DNA from: Tubulanus polymorphus
Lineage: Eukaryota; Animalia; Nemertea
DNA: 64,000 nt
Reading direction: 5' to 3'
NCBI RefSeq assembly: GCF_964204645.1
Contig: NC_134031.1
Coordinates: 620,001 to 684,000, forward strand
In this document: in pieces, positions 24,330-38,600 of the stretch
Layout: every line of letters starts with the position of its first letter
Position numbering within the stretch: the stretch's first letter is position 1
Made by a program: the position numbers and the translations under genes
Notes under the pieces: generated by a model
The model's input: the letters and a program-made list of their open reading frames with translations, nothing else
Database searches by the model: none
What the model was told of the DNA's origin: nothing

Positions 24330-27300
24330 CCGTTGCTGAGATGAAGGCGGGATGACATAAAGCGAGTATGGACCTGTATGTGATAGTTTGGGTCAGTTAA
24401 TGGGACATGAATAGTTAGTGTAAGATGAGAGAGATTATTATCATCAATTGTTTCTACAGGAAACATAAAAACTGACTGGCACAACTTGTACACACGCAAT
24501 GCGCGATCTATTTAATTAGTAGTTTCACTACTGAACGGATATAACACAGACTAATGTTTATTCTACACGATATAAACCTCTTGAATCATCTTCTAGTTAG
24601 TGGGAGGAAAACAATCCGTGTCCCGAGACACGGCGCCGTGAGTGGACCACCAAACGAATCCGTGTCCCGAGACACGGCGCCGTGAGTGGACCACCAAACG
24701 AATCCGTATCCCCAGACCCACAGCGGGCAGTTTTATATCGTCAGAAACTTTGGTGTTGAATGCATCAATTTCTAGCCCGAATCAACCACTATACCAATGT
24801 ATCATAGATACTCATCGAGAAATTGATGTGAGAAGTTTAGAGCCATAGAGGCTGCAACATCACTAATGGACCTTCCTCGGAATAGCGAATTCTTTACAAA
24901 TCTTATATCATATTTTGTATAGAATAAATACTGCGCTCCGCGACGCGAAACATTTAAAACATTTCAGAAATGAAAATTGCCGAGACATTTTATCACCATT
25001 GATGTATTTCTTTCATCTGTCGGCGTCTTGAGAAGCGAAATCAGACGGTGTGTTCAAATAACTCAGCGACCGCGCAATCGAAATCAATACAGAAATGATG
25101 GAATTTACATCTGAAGCGCTGCATTTAACTGTAAATCAAGAGTCGCCTGGTGCAAAATTAATACAGACCCCGCCGCAGAGAAATCAAACTAAATTCCATC
25201 TTATGAAGTGTCATTTTTTCAACAAGATGCCACGATTGAGAAGGTAACGAGAATCTGGAATTATGATATAATTAACACAGTTGTATCGCGAACACGTTCT
25301 TCTCGTTCGGCGATCAATTAATAACGAATCGTCGTCACGTGACTTCATCGAAGATTCGTGAATTAACAATAGAAATTTCCGCAATTGATCCGAAGGGTGA
25401 AATATAACATTCCGTGCTTCACGGGACTCTGATTATCACTATTACCCAGCCATCGCGTGACTTAATCTTCGATTCCCGTTTTAAAATACACAAATTTCGA
25501 CGACACAAATTAGATATTTTTCCTCGGTGATGAGAGAGAGGGGGAAGAGAGAGAGGGAGGGAGAGGGGGAGCGGACCAGAGAATCTCTATCGCCTTCGGG
25601 TTTTCTAGTCATTAAATCAAAACGCTCGCGCGCCAGTGGTAGTTCTACTGGAGTTTGTAGAGATTTCGCGTGCGTCGTTTTCTAAATGATGATTTATGAA
25701 GCGTCTCTTTTTACTGAACACACAGAATACTCAATTGTCAATTGAGTTTAGCCGACTGTGGCGGTGGAGCGGAGAAGACCGAATTATCTGAATGCCAAAC
25801 GCTTCAAACCGCATCTAAATACAGACTCCTCACTGATCAACCCCTGAATCAATATGTTTTTCCTATTTACATTTCGCAAATAAAGCGTTCGGATTTTCTG
25901 TAATGCGACGTTTGGAGCGAATAAAACCAGAATTGAATCTAAACCGAGACCGAGTTTTATTTGAATGAAGTTTGATGATTAAACATTGAATGAACGAATC
26001 TTTAAACTTTAAATTACTACGTACGTTTTCACCATATATATTCTGTAACCGCAAAAAATTGCAGAATTGTAGCTCATGACATGTGAAGCCATTGTACGTT
26101 CGCTTCATACTAGAGCCTGGCGCACCTGGCGCACCTGGCGCACCTGGCACACCTGGCGATAGCCGAATTTACTTCATGTCGAACGAAAAAAATCGTTCGT
26201 CCGCGGTTATAGGAGACAGAAAGGAGTCGCCGAGTATCAAATGCATAAAAGACACGGAACCGATCATCTCGATGAATTGATAATTTTAACAACTTGCATT
26301 CAGATTGTCGAGTGGGACACACGTTGACCAGCCAGGTGTCCGCGTGGACCAGCCAGATGTCCGCGTGGGCAAGTCAGGTGTCCGCATGGATCAGTCAGGT
26401 GTCCACGTGGACGAGTCAGGTATCCACCCGAGATAGAACGTTATACTCTTACAGTTGACTCGTTCGGTAAATAGGTCGGAACTATACACACACTCACACA
26501 TACATGTATGTTCGATAGTGATAGATTACAACAAACATCATCTACTGCTGTGTAAATGCATCAATCGTTAATTGACAGTAAAATCAATCAGATGCTTGAA
26601 TACTAAGTGCGCGTCACTTCTAAAAAACCACCGATTTTCCAGGTATTTAGAACAATTCATTTTATGATAAATTCGTCCTTGAAAACGAAATGAAACCATG
26701 AATTTAATTAGCGCTAAGGATTCTACATTTCACGCTTAAACACACAGTTTCTCGCAACTAGAGGCGCTTTTAGGAAAGTGGACTCGATCCAAATCTTACA
26801 GCATAATGGGACCAGGTTCTGGGGATTTTCCTGTAGATAGGATATTAGTAGGAACAGGATACGATTTCACGGTTCCACACTTTTCTTCGTGTTGATATTC
26901 AGTATTACATTTAACCTACTTTGAGTTCATTTCCAATGGCTTAACTCTAGGCTCAAAACTCAGAACCGCTATGAACTGTGGAACTGTAGAACTGCCCCCT
27001 GGTACACAACTTAAAAATTTCATCAATCGTTCACCGGAAGTGATGTATTATCACGATTTGAGTCGTTCTATAAAACTTCCTTCCAATCCCTCTCAACAAA
27101 ACCTTGGTCTCATGTTTGCATTCAGTTAGTATATAGTCCTATAGAGACAGTCACTATAACAAGTGTGGACTAAATACTGAAACAACAGTACTGAGTTTGA
27201 CTAATGGGTGACCACGCCCTTGTAAAGCCAGTATCGATAACGGAGAAGCAATTACACGCGTAATTAGAACCGCGCCGTTAATAGGATTGTAGTTAGTTAG

Positions 27301-28266
27301 ATCTGTCATTTTCCCGTCGGAAACAGGGAAAAAATGTAATACTGTAGGGTAATTGAGAATAATTGGGACAGTAAGCTGCGAATAGTAGTATTCGTTGTGT
27401 TATAGTATAGGTTAATCAGATTCGTGAATGGCGACCTTCAACGCTACCCTGGCAATCGACAATTCCTCATATGGTAAGCGAGGATCCACCAGGTGTCGCT
27501 AGTAATAACTCGGTCTTCCGCGTTCAATTTATTCCACAATTCAGTCAATATTCAACGGATTTCTTTCAGATGAGTAGAAAATCACTGAGTAGAAGCAATG
27601 AATCCCATATATATTTGGGAGGTTCCTGTGATACTCCAGGTTTCGGGAGCCTAAATATTCAGTTAAAAGATCATTGATTCTGAACTGATATCAGCAATTG
27701 ACGCTCGTCACGCCGTCTGGCGGCATAACGTTGCAGTTCACCGTTCCTTCAGGATGATCTTCATTCCGTGCCTGGGATTCCCATCACGTATTGAAATACA
27801 GATATAAAGACTATTGAGTTGTGTATTGTTGGGTACAAAAGGACGCGTCGCACGGTCGGGTGCCAGTACGGAGAACACACATGTGCATTTCTCATCTCGC
27901 ACCTGTTTCTTTCAACTCGCACCTGTTACTACGTCTTATATCAATGACACGTTATAAGATACATTATATGTATACAACGGAACATCGATTTTTTCTGCTT
28001 TTGAAAAAAAATGTTCTTGAAGAATGAACAGCGACTTGGACAGTGTAAAGCAGTACTAAGCGTTTTGAATATCTTCACCATTCCGTACAGTAAAAGGCTG
28101 ACGGTGACTGTCGTCTCAGTGGCTGGCGTCTCAGTGGCTGTCGTCTCAGTGCTGTCGTTTCAATGACTGTCCTCTGCTCCCGACCTCCGTGACGTCATCT
28201 GCGCGACATCGATAGATAACCAGTTGTTGGACCGGAAGTGCACGGTTTAAATCTATTTGAATATTG

Positions 28267-28452
28267 ATACTACTCCCTTCTCGTAGTGCGAGAGAGATGA
28301 ACGCCCTATACTACTCCCTTCTCGTAGTGCGAGAGGGATGAACGCCCCATACTACTCCCTTCTCGTAGTGCGAGAGGGATGAACGCCCCATACTACTCCC
28401 TTCTCGTAGTGCGAGAGGGAGGAACGCCTCATACTACTCCCTTCTCGTAGTG
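28267..28452. repeat. Minisatellite ~40-41 bp ATACTACTCCCTTCTCGTAGTGCGAGAGGGATGAACGCCCC x ~4.5
   Basis: Direct tandem copies; each can fold a TCCCT.CTCG/CGAGAGGGA hairpin. Confidence 0.88.
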
Positions 28453-29506
28453 TAACAACCAGTCCCTGAGAGGGAGGAACTGGTCGCCTGGTTGACTGGA
28501 TGACAGGCCAACTGGTCGACTGGTTGACTGGATGACTGGATGACAGACCAACTTGTTGACTGGATTACAGACCAACTGGTCGCCGTGATGACAGGCCAAC
28601 TGGTCGCCGTGATGACAGAGCAACTGGTCGCCGTGATGACGGGCCAACTGGTCGCCGTGATGACAGGCTAACTGGTCGACCGGATGACAGGATGACAGGA
28701 TGACAGGCAGGTCGTCCATATATCCGGTCGTATGTATTCATATAACGCAGAACCAACTGTTCTGAACTAATTTGCAGGTGCAAAATTTAAAAGCTATTAA
28801 AAATTGTTTTTTGCTTCAATGTTTGATATCTGTCACTGAAACTGGATTCAATTTCCTGCCATCGACTCAAACTGAACAAACTAACAATTTACATTGTCAT
28901 ATCCAGCTACAAGCGAAGCGTTTGAAATCTTTCTATAAAATATGTCCTGAAAAGGATGACTTCACAGCTGAAATTCGCCAGTTCTCTCGAACACGTAAGT
29001 ACGCATTTTTTCCATAGATTTCATTTGCTCCATTGCAAAAGACCAGAAGAGGCGCAGCACGACAGTCACGAGAAGCGTGGATTTATGTTACTGCGCCGTG
29101 TGATCTAGGCTTCAGGAACCCATAACCTATCCGACTCTGGTATCACCCGTTACTAAAATCGTATCATTATACTTTATAGGTTCAAACGCTGCATTATTGA
29201 CAATGATTTGTAAGTTCTAATTTTTGCATTTCTCAATTGTGTCATTTTAAATCCATCATTTTCAGTTTATTATAATTTCTCGGTTGTAGTATTGAGTGCT
29301 AGTTTCTGTTCGAATAATCATTTTCAAATTTCGGTTATTGCCAATTCGTGGAAAAACTTTACTGAGAGCCTTAGTGTCAGAGGGTAATCGCGACCACGGG
29401 TTCACGAGAACGTAGTATACGCAGTATACGGAGTCCCGCGAACCTGACACTCTCAGGACTAGCCGAAGAAAAAATTAATTTCCAGTAAAATACTTAATGA
29501 ATATCG

Positions 29507-29698
29507 ATGAATCTGTATTCATATATCTCTATAGGTGAGTTGTATAGATTTGCGGTTCCACTGTGTGGAATATTTGTGTCTATTTGGGCCCTTGCTTCTG
29601 CCGAGGAAGAAAATGAAAACAAGCTGAGTGATGAGGCTTTGATGAGATCAATCCGCCGGTGCGTCAGTTCTGGTTCTAATTGCAGCAACAGCAGTTAA
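29507..29698 (+). CDS. Candidate secreted prepropeptide, copy 2
   Basis: First 51 aa identical to copy 1; putative mature part CVSSGSNCSNSS. Confidence 0.35.
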   Translation: MNLYSYISIGELYRFAVPLCGIFVSIWALASAEEENENKLSDEALMRSIRRCVSSGSNCSNSS

Positions 29699-32600
29699 AC
29701 ACAACCATGTTTGAAAAATACCAACGACTTCTTTACTTCAAGTTTATTGTTTGTGTGATTCACTTGGAGAAACAAGTTACACCTCGAATTGAAACGTTTC
29801 TTTCTGTTTCTAAAATATCAGGATCCAGTTCCACTGTTCAGGACCCAGTTCCACAGCACTGGGGTCACTTTCACCGTTCAGGGCAATGTTCCACGTTTCA
29901 TGACTCTGTTCCACAGTTCTGGCACAGTTCAACAGCTCGGGACCCAATCCCACAGTCTTGAGGCCAGTTCCGCAGTACTGAGTTCGATTTTACACTCAAT
30001 CGTTAGATTTCAAATAAAGTGGAAAAACGTGGAAATTTAGTACCGATAACTGTGGATGCAGTTTCATAGTTAGATTTAGATCTCAAGTCTAAGAGTGAAA
30101 GTTTTTGTGGATGATTTTAGTATTCTCATTGACCCGTGAAGATAACAGCTCGCAGCAGCTGCTGCTGCCGCTGCGACGCTGTATCTTACACATTCACCGT
30201 AAATAAAAAGCAAAAAATCGAGATAAATCTAGTATTCACGAATCAATGACTGAATTCTGGGGCTATAAAATCACCATAAAACGATTTACAGTACAACAAA
30301 AATCTAGATGTTTTACACGAAGAAAGACAGACAGAAAGAGTGAGAGGGGGAGGAGGGAAAAATATCAGTTCAGTCCATCAATCAATCAAACATCAAATGA
30401 ATATCACAAATGAAGGACACGATTTCAGCATGGATGAGAATGTGAAGGATCTAATCTATAAACCGTGATCGCTAATAGTGATGTAGTTTTTATCTCGCCG
30501 CTAAATCGAAGTCTGAATTGTTTTATATGTAATCAATTCTTTCAAATTAAGGAGACAATTAGAGTAAGGACCCAGTTCCACAGTACGGACCCAGTTCAAC
30601 ATGAGGACCCAGTTCCACAGTAAGGACCCAGTTCCACAGTACAGACCCAGTTCCCCAGTACAGACCCAGTTCAACATGAGGACCCAGTTCCCCAGTAAGG
30701 ACCCAGTTCCACAGTACGGACCCAGTTCCACAGTAAGGACCCAGTTCCACAGTACAGACCCAGTTCAACAGTAAGGACCCAGTTCCACAGTACAGACCCA
30801 GTTCAACATGAGGACCCAGTTCCCCAGTAAGGACCCAGTTCCACAGTACGGACCCAGTTCCACAGTAAGGACCCAGTTCCACAGTACAGACCCAGTTCAA
30901 CAGTAAGGACCCAGTTCCACAGTACAGACCCAGTTCAACATGAGGACCCAGTTCCCCAGTAAGGACCCAGTTCCACAGTTACGAGTTAGGATTTGAGTGT
31001 TAAGAACTAAAACATTTTTCTACCAATAGACCTCGCAAGGCCAAAAACAACTTTATGCCTAAACCTGGCTTCAAACCTAAGACTCGAACGTGCGAGGTAA
31101 GGCTCGAGCTCGGCAGCTGAGCTTGCTAACAACTCCACCATTCAGTCATAGCGATCGACACAGTTTGTACGTTTATCTGGTCAGCGCGGTCACTGGTGAC
31201 CAGTCAGATGTGATGAGACTGGTGACCAGTCAGGTTTGGAGACCCTAATTATTACTCTGATCGGATTACAAGGATCGTCTAAGAGTGTTGGTAGGTAACC
31301 CCTCGAATCTTCAGCCCTTTCACTTTCCTTCCAATCGGGTACATTCAATATCAGATATATCGCAGAGAGAAATCTTTTGAAATGTATCAACATCTACCGC
31401 AACAGTTCAGTAATTGTTTCGGGGCCTGTTTAGCCTACACCGCTATAGGTCTCCTTACCAGACTCGACAGAAGTTCCACCTAAACCGACGACTTATTCCC
31501 GACACAACAACTTTAGATTTAATTCATCGTTTAAAACCGAATTTATGTTTTCGTTCGTATTTCGACTTTCAAGCACTCCCAGTCGAGTCTTTCAGATTTA
31601 AAAGAGACTTTAAGAATTTAAGTGGTGGCTGGATGTGCCGTCAAACTAAAAACTCATTAAACATATTGCTCTATGTGCTTAGAACGATCCTTCAATGCAT
31701 CAAAAAGTCTTCGCGAAATGCCAAAAATCAGATGAACGTCGTCAGGTTTATTTGAGTAAAGCTTCCATTTGTCTGCTGTGAACATCAGTTTCTGGTTGTA
31801 TTTACTTTCAGTATTTGCGCTATAATGGACTCGAAACGGGGAAAACACTTCCACCGAGTATAACAGATTAAATGGTCCTGAACTTTTATCGAATTTGGTC
31901 ACATTTTTTACTATCTATATGATCTAAGGTCGCTGATGGGTGACCGCTAGGTAGCGCGCACAAAACAAACAGATATTATGTGGTTTAAATTCATTTATTT
32001 CACGGAGGTTATTGCGAATAACCTCTTGGAAGGTCAAAGGTTAATGTCGTATCGTAAACACAAACACTGACATCTTGGGGCTAGTCATTTTTTGTTTACT
32101 GAGATCACATTTGATTTTGCGGCAGGGCTTTCACGGTGCTTCGATCGTCGTGAATCATTTTTTCTTCCTCACCATGTTTTGAGCGCGCTTGGTTAAACGC
32201 GAATCATAATTTGTGAGAGATATTCGAAAGGGAATTTCTGTCAGAAGTGAATATCATGTGTCTTCAGATGAAATACGTGGCCAATGAGATTATATATTAG
32301 AATATTCCTGATGTTGGGATCAGTTTCACTGGAACATTTTAAATCTGTAAATTAATTTCTTCACTAATTCAGTTTATCCTAAATCGATTTAGAAGTTGAT
32401 CCTTGCAGTAAAACTGAACCTTGATTTGCTCAAAAGTTGATTCTTCGTATGAATTTTGAATTGCAGTTTCTAACGGTTTCAGAATCTAACCAACGTTTCA
32501 GCAATAATTAAGCTAAAAATATCTTTATGTTTTTGAAACCTTTACAAATACATTTTCGCAAACGCATGAGAATCATTCTATATAATACTTTATCCAAAAA

Positions 32601-35600
32601 GAGGGTTTCGAGTCCCTGGCCACCGCGATTTTCTCCACGTAGCAGACAAAGAAAGCCTAGCCCCCTGTGATACGTGTCACTGTTGTTATGCATATAGTTT
32701 TCATCACGTGAAGTCCGACAACAGTTCTTGCATGAAAAATTATATGCCACATCAGCAATTATTTGGATATGTTTCAGACAGTGGCTGGATAAATAAAAGC
32801 AGAGACCACACTGGGTATTTTTGATAGGGATATGCAGCTGAGATCTTCAAGGATTTGTGTACATACTGACACGTGTGATGGTTCGGGAAAACGTCAATTT
32901 CAATTTCAATTTTCCATTTCAATTTATGTCGTAAGAAAGCATGCTTTAAGAATATTTACAGACGAAAAATAAAAGTGAGAAGGCGTTCTCGCGGGTCAAG
33001 CAAAAAGCCAGAAGGCCGCTACAGAAAGCATACGTGTAAAGAAAATAGAGAGACAGAGAAAACAAGAAGGGAGCAGAAAAGACAATGAAAAAGAATGAGG
33101 CTGAGGAGATGAGAGTGATTAGAATGGTATATGAACAATTGTAACAGTTGGGTCGGGTTATCGCAGAGATGGGAGTTAGAGTAGCTGGAAACATCATCAA
33201 TGTTTACATATACCTCGATTATCATCTGCAGTAAATTCCGTTGATAACTGAATTCAAATAGTTGTGTTTGAGTTGATTGGGGAGAATTAGACGATTTTAA
33301 CTGATATTATACTAAAAAACAACGATTGTAAAAATGAATGACAAATCATAAATTCTGCGCTACAGTTCCCTTTACAGCTACCATCGGTTAAGTCTGAATT
33401 GTTAAGGTCTCATTGAGAACATGGAAGTATAACTAACAGCAGTTAAACCAGAAATTTCAATTGAACCAATTCGCGAAACTGTGCGCACAGGATGCTGCCT
33501 GTGTCATTGAACTAAACTTCATTTGTCATGATAACAAACATTGCATGACGAATCTTTAATGAAATGTTGAGTCGTTGCTGAATTTAGAGTAAATTCGAAA
33601 TAAAGTTATTCGAAATAAATAACTCTATATATTTAGTGTTCATTTTGATTACATCCACAATATATAATATATAATATAAATATGTATATCTAATATTCAG
33701 TAAGGGATATTACTGAAAGTCGCGAGTGGAAGTCTAGACGTCAAAACGTGTACTTGAATTAATAACACACGCATCAAAGATTATTTCCATAATTCATTTT
33801 AGAACGTTTGAAATACATTGATACTAGACGTGATTCGAATCCTGCGAATCAAATAGAAATCACATTGTTTTTACACCTGAGGCAGCTGTTTCAATAAAAG
33901 CCAACAAAAACAGATCAGACTGTTCAAAGGTCGAGGATTTTTACCGGTAAAATTCATTTCTATAGAATATCTACTGTAGTATCCTGTGGTGAAAATTATT
34001 CGGAAAATGTTCCCTGAAACCCAAAATAATCGGTACAATATTTGGATAAAAGATAAAACAAAGATAAAACACAGATGACGATGATCTCTTATGTGAGATC
34101 GAAATATGTCGTGTCTTTTTGATTATTTTTTCATTGAATGAATTCTCGATTTTAAAACTATTAATCTACATGAAGTGGGTTTTTATCTGTTCTCCACTGT
34201 TGAGTCTACGGGTTATTCTAACATTTTGATAAAGTTTATAAACGCGACAAATACATCATCATCGAGGGCTAGTTATTGTGCAGTCAAGTCTTAGATTTAA
34301 TACCAGTCTTAGCTCATGTTGGTGCTATAGCTGAATCGAGCATCTCTAGACCAGTTGCGTGGTTCAGGGTCATCTTTCGACTCAAGCCAAGACTGCAACA
34401 AGGCCTGGAACGGCACCAGCTGGACAGTCAATGACTTAAGTCTTAAAGTGTTATCAAAGTTAAGACTGGTCTTAAGTTGTTTAGATGCGCTATAAAACGA
34501 AGATAGCCGAAGATTTAGCCTTACATTAAAGCAATGATTGTGCAACTGGGCAGAGATGTTGATCTTAATCTAAATGTAAAATGAACATTCATTCTATTTC
34601 ATATGAAATATGATCTAGTGACTGAAACCTTTAAAATGATAAATGAATTTACGTTTTTTTTTACCTTTGAGTCTTGTTTGAGTGCACACAATATGAGCTA
34701 TTCCGGATAAAACAATGGTTTCCGTCGATGCCACCACTGGCTGCCGGTTCACTGTGAAACGAACACTCCGTCTGAGTTTTAGTAGCGCAACATCTGTCGG
34801 TGTGTGTAGCGTGCACAGAACCGAACCGAACGTCATCCCCTACCACAGACCTGTAGCCTGCCTGCCACATTACCTGCAGCCTGCCTGCCACATCTCCTGC
34901 AGCCTGCCACATCAGGTCAGTCACATAGACGATCTGAGTCGCTTACTAAAATCTGTTTAGACCGAGGAACTGCTACAGACATGTCGCAGAGACTTTACAA
35001 TCCATCACAATTCTATCAGTAATGCTTTTAATACCATTGATAGTAACGGAACTTTAAGTGTTCATGAGAAAGAATCAGCCCCACGTGACTGAGGCAGGTC
35101 CGTAGCGAGTATTGAACAAGTGGTAAGGCCATATTTCGACTTCGACGCCTCTTTAAGAGAAACGTACTAAAAACAAGGATTTTTTAAAATAGTTTCATGA
35201 TAAAACATCATTTGTTCCAACTCTCCACGAAATTATCAATGATCGCATATCAGTATGTAATTTATGATAATAGACCTAATTAAAGGCTGTTACAATAAGT
35301 ATTGATGATATACGATGGTAATTTATCTGGAATTTCGAGTTTTATCATCACGAGCGATCTTTAAACTCTCCACCATTACAAACCATGACGTCACTTTAAC
35401 CCGTGACACATGACCACGCGAAAAATGATAATCAATTTGTGTGATCAAATTCATTTCCGTCAGATTTGGTTTGATATCCGAATAAATATCAGTTCAGAAA
35501 TATTTAATGCCGTTACGAGAGATGTTTTCAATTATTCATATTCCAATTACATTCACATCGATAGCGAGGCTTTATGTTGTAACTAAGAACCATTTATCGG

Positions 35601-38600
35601 CCGGTTGGACGGGTTAGCGGACGGATGGACGGGTTGGCGCTTACTCATTCATCACGTATCCCATTCGAGATGTTTCAATTGTGATGTGTGTCTCTTCTTG
35701 AAAGCGGCTTAACAGCGATCATTTCTGTTTTATTACAAATCCGTAGCAACAGTGAATGAAAACCAGTCAAGACAATATCCCATCCCAGCGTGCAGAACGA
35801 TGCATGATTTGCATTTCATGACGAGGCCCTGTTGCACGTTAGTGATAATATAATCACAGTGTTGGTCCTACGAGCAATCATCTCGACGATTTCTCGTAGG
35901 TTAGTCCTGAGTTTTTAGATTTTCATAGAAATCATATGGGTTAAGACTGATCTTAGGTTATAAGATTGGTTATAAAAACTGGTCTTAATTTGTTAGATTC
36001 AGTGTAGATTTAAGATTAATTTTGGTTTTAGACTGGTCATTAAACCAGTCTTTGACCGTACAACACTGAGCCCTGATGCCCATGTGCGTCTTCTACCGCT
36101 CTACACAAATATTATCATATCACAGATTCTGGAGACTGTCATTCATGTTTATGCCTTGATTGCAAATTTTGTAAAGCGATGAAAAAATATATGATTACAA
36201 TTCAAATATCTAATCAATTTTCACCGTTAGATTCTACTGTTTCTGCTGTATTTCTAGTGAATAGTGAATGTGGGGTGATGTGAACAGATTGTTCGACGAG
36301 TTAATCATTTGTATAAACGAACGAATACATCATTCGAACTCTGCTTCCTTCTATATCTATTGATGCGAAAAGAAATAAACGACTTTGTTGTTGTTAAAAA
36401 GAAAGATAGTTGTTATATGTATTTGAGTGTGATCACGAGTGGAATGACGACATCTGCTGCACGTACATCACAACCCCGGTCACAGCAGTGTTCACAATCT
36501 ATAGAAATTCTCGTCCTCATAAATCAACATAGCGAGCGTAAAAACAGTAAATTATTCACCAGTTTGTTTTACCCGTTGAAAGATAAATGTCACTTTGTGT
36601 TCTCGGCCATTTTTAATAATAACAGAAATAGCGATAAGTCTTAATTTCGTACAGAAAAAAGTACAGAATTTTTGGAGAAAAAAGGAAATAGAAGAATCGT
36701 ATTCATAGAAAGAAGGTTTTTTCGATCTTATTTATTCAGGTTAAAGGCATTTGTTTTGAGACAGAGAACTTTAAGAAGTATTAGTTTTAAGGGTATATCC
36801 CAAGATGTAGCCTAGGGTGACAGCTTTTTATAGCATTGATAGAAATAGTGTCACGATAAAATATGGATGTCCTTAAATTACGTCTTTTCGGTGGTTAGTA
36901 GAGAACAGTCAACTGAATCTATTCTTCCGTGTGCGTAGAAATATCATGCTTTAGCATAAGATAAACTAGTCCGGGGCTGGGTCCACAGCCGGGTCCGTGG
37001 CTGGGTCCACAGCTGGGTCCGCGGCTGGATCCGGAGCCAGGTCCCGGCTTTCAGGGCCAAGCTAGGCTTTCGTATCTAGTCGACTAGTGGCCAGAACTAA
37101 TCACCGAATGTGCTTAATTTCTGAAATATTTCCGGAATATAATTCCGACTGACAGACATTCGGTTTCACTTAGTTCTATAGATAACCGAAGTTGGCTCAT
37201 CAGCATCGCGGAGCGAATGGATCGTGAAGAAACGAATGTAAGACATTACCGGAACGCACCGCTCAAACGAGAATTATTGGAAAAATATTCATAGTTGATA
37301 CTAGACGTACAGAATCGTCCTGTGGATATTCAAACAAAATGATAATGCTAAGGTTGATTACGAGTTTGTGTAGCTTAAGAAACCGATTTAATCCGAATTA
37401 CAAACTCGGAATTAACCTCGAACAAAATTTGTGAAATCAATATATTCCCAGGACGCTTCCGGGGAGATATTTTCATCAATTAAAACAACATTAATTTGCC
37501 CTAAACTGCCCGACGTTTACAGTCGATTCGGAACAAAAACAGTTAATTAATTTTGAATTATTGAAATGAGCTGAAAGGCAGCCGCCATATTGGCATGCGT
37601 GCCGTGACGTTGACTACAACTCGGTCAATCTCTGATATCTGCCGCAAATTAATATCACATCAAACGAACCAATGTTTCTCGTATTACATTTTCAGCACGT
37701 TTATTCAAGACCTATCCCTATCCACGCTGTAATAGATATTCACGCGATTCATGTTGACGATACCATCTCGGGATGGTTTGAATTTCAAAATATTTGAAAA
37801 CCTGTTTCTCCGCACAGTTTCGGAAATAGTGGATGGTGGTTTCACGCGAAGGAAATGTTTGAAGTTGTCTCGCATTTGTATCAGTAACATCGATATCGTC
37901 AATTCTATATTTCGATATTTCTTGTCAGTGCAATTCTTTTTGTGAACGAATAGATATCTAACTAGATAAAAACCCAAGGTGATTCTCATGAGAACGGGGA
38001 CGGTGTCGATTTTCAGAAGTTTCGTTTGATGGCTTGTTTTTAAAAGTTGAAGAATGAATTTGTCATATCTATGATTGGAGCAATCATCTCAATATTGCGA
38101 AGGACCAGTACAATAATGAACGGCGCTTCCTCTGGTTGTTACTGCTGAAAATACGTTCTAAACAAGAAGATCTTTAGCCTGAGATATTATCCTAATGATG
38201 CTGCGGAGAATGGAGTAATCAAGATAGAAAAGTTTGTCGTGTCATTTCCCTAATATAATACCTGTATATAATTGAAACTGACAACGTGGTTATTTTATCG
38301 CTGAATAAATTCAGTACATGCATACTATAGATATACTATACACGGAATTGAACGTGTGTGTGAAAGTTCCAGTTATTTGCGTATAAGTGCTTTTTATTAG
38401 TGATATTAACACAATTGCATTATAGGATAAATTAACATCGGTCCCTTATTCGTTCACCATCCATACAGTAACCTACTCATATCGTACTCACACGGCACAG
38501 GCAGAGCATTGCAGAAATATCATTGTATACAAACTCATGGTAAGTATCAGAATTATTGGATCGTTATTTATATAAAATCTACTGAAACTTTCTTCTTTTC

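Noticed and set aside
26083-26280. Collagen-like PGAPGAPGAPGTPG ORF
   Set aside because: Only five triplets from a 9-bp repeat, equally open on both strands, no further collagen exons
38440-38545. Possible alternative first exon ending ATG|GTAAGT
   Set aside because: Phase 0 does not fit the M13 phase-1 acceptors, and joining to the 45528 acceptor stops after five codons; could only be UTR, unsupported
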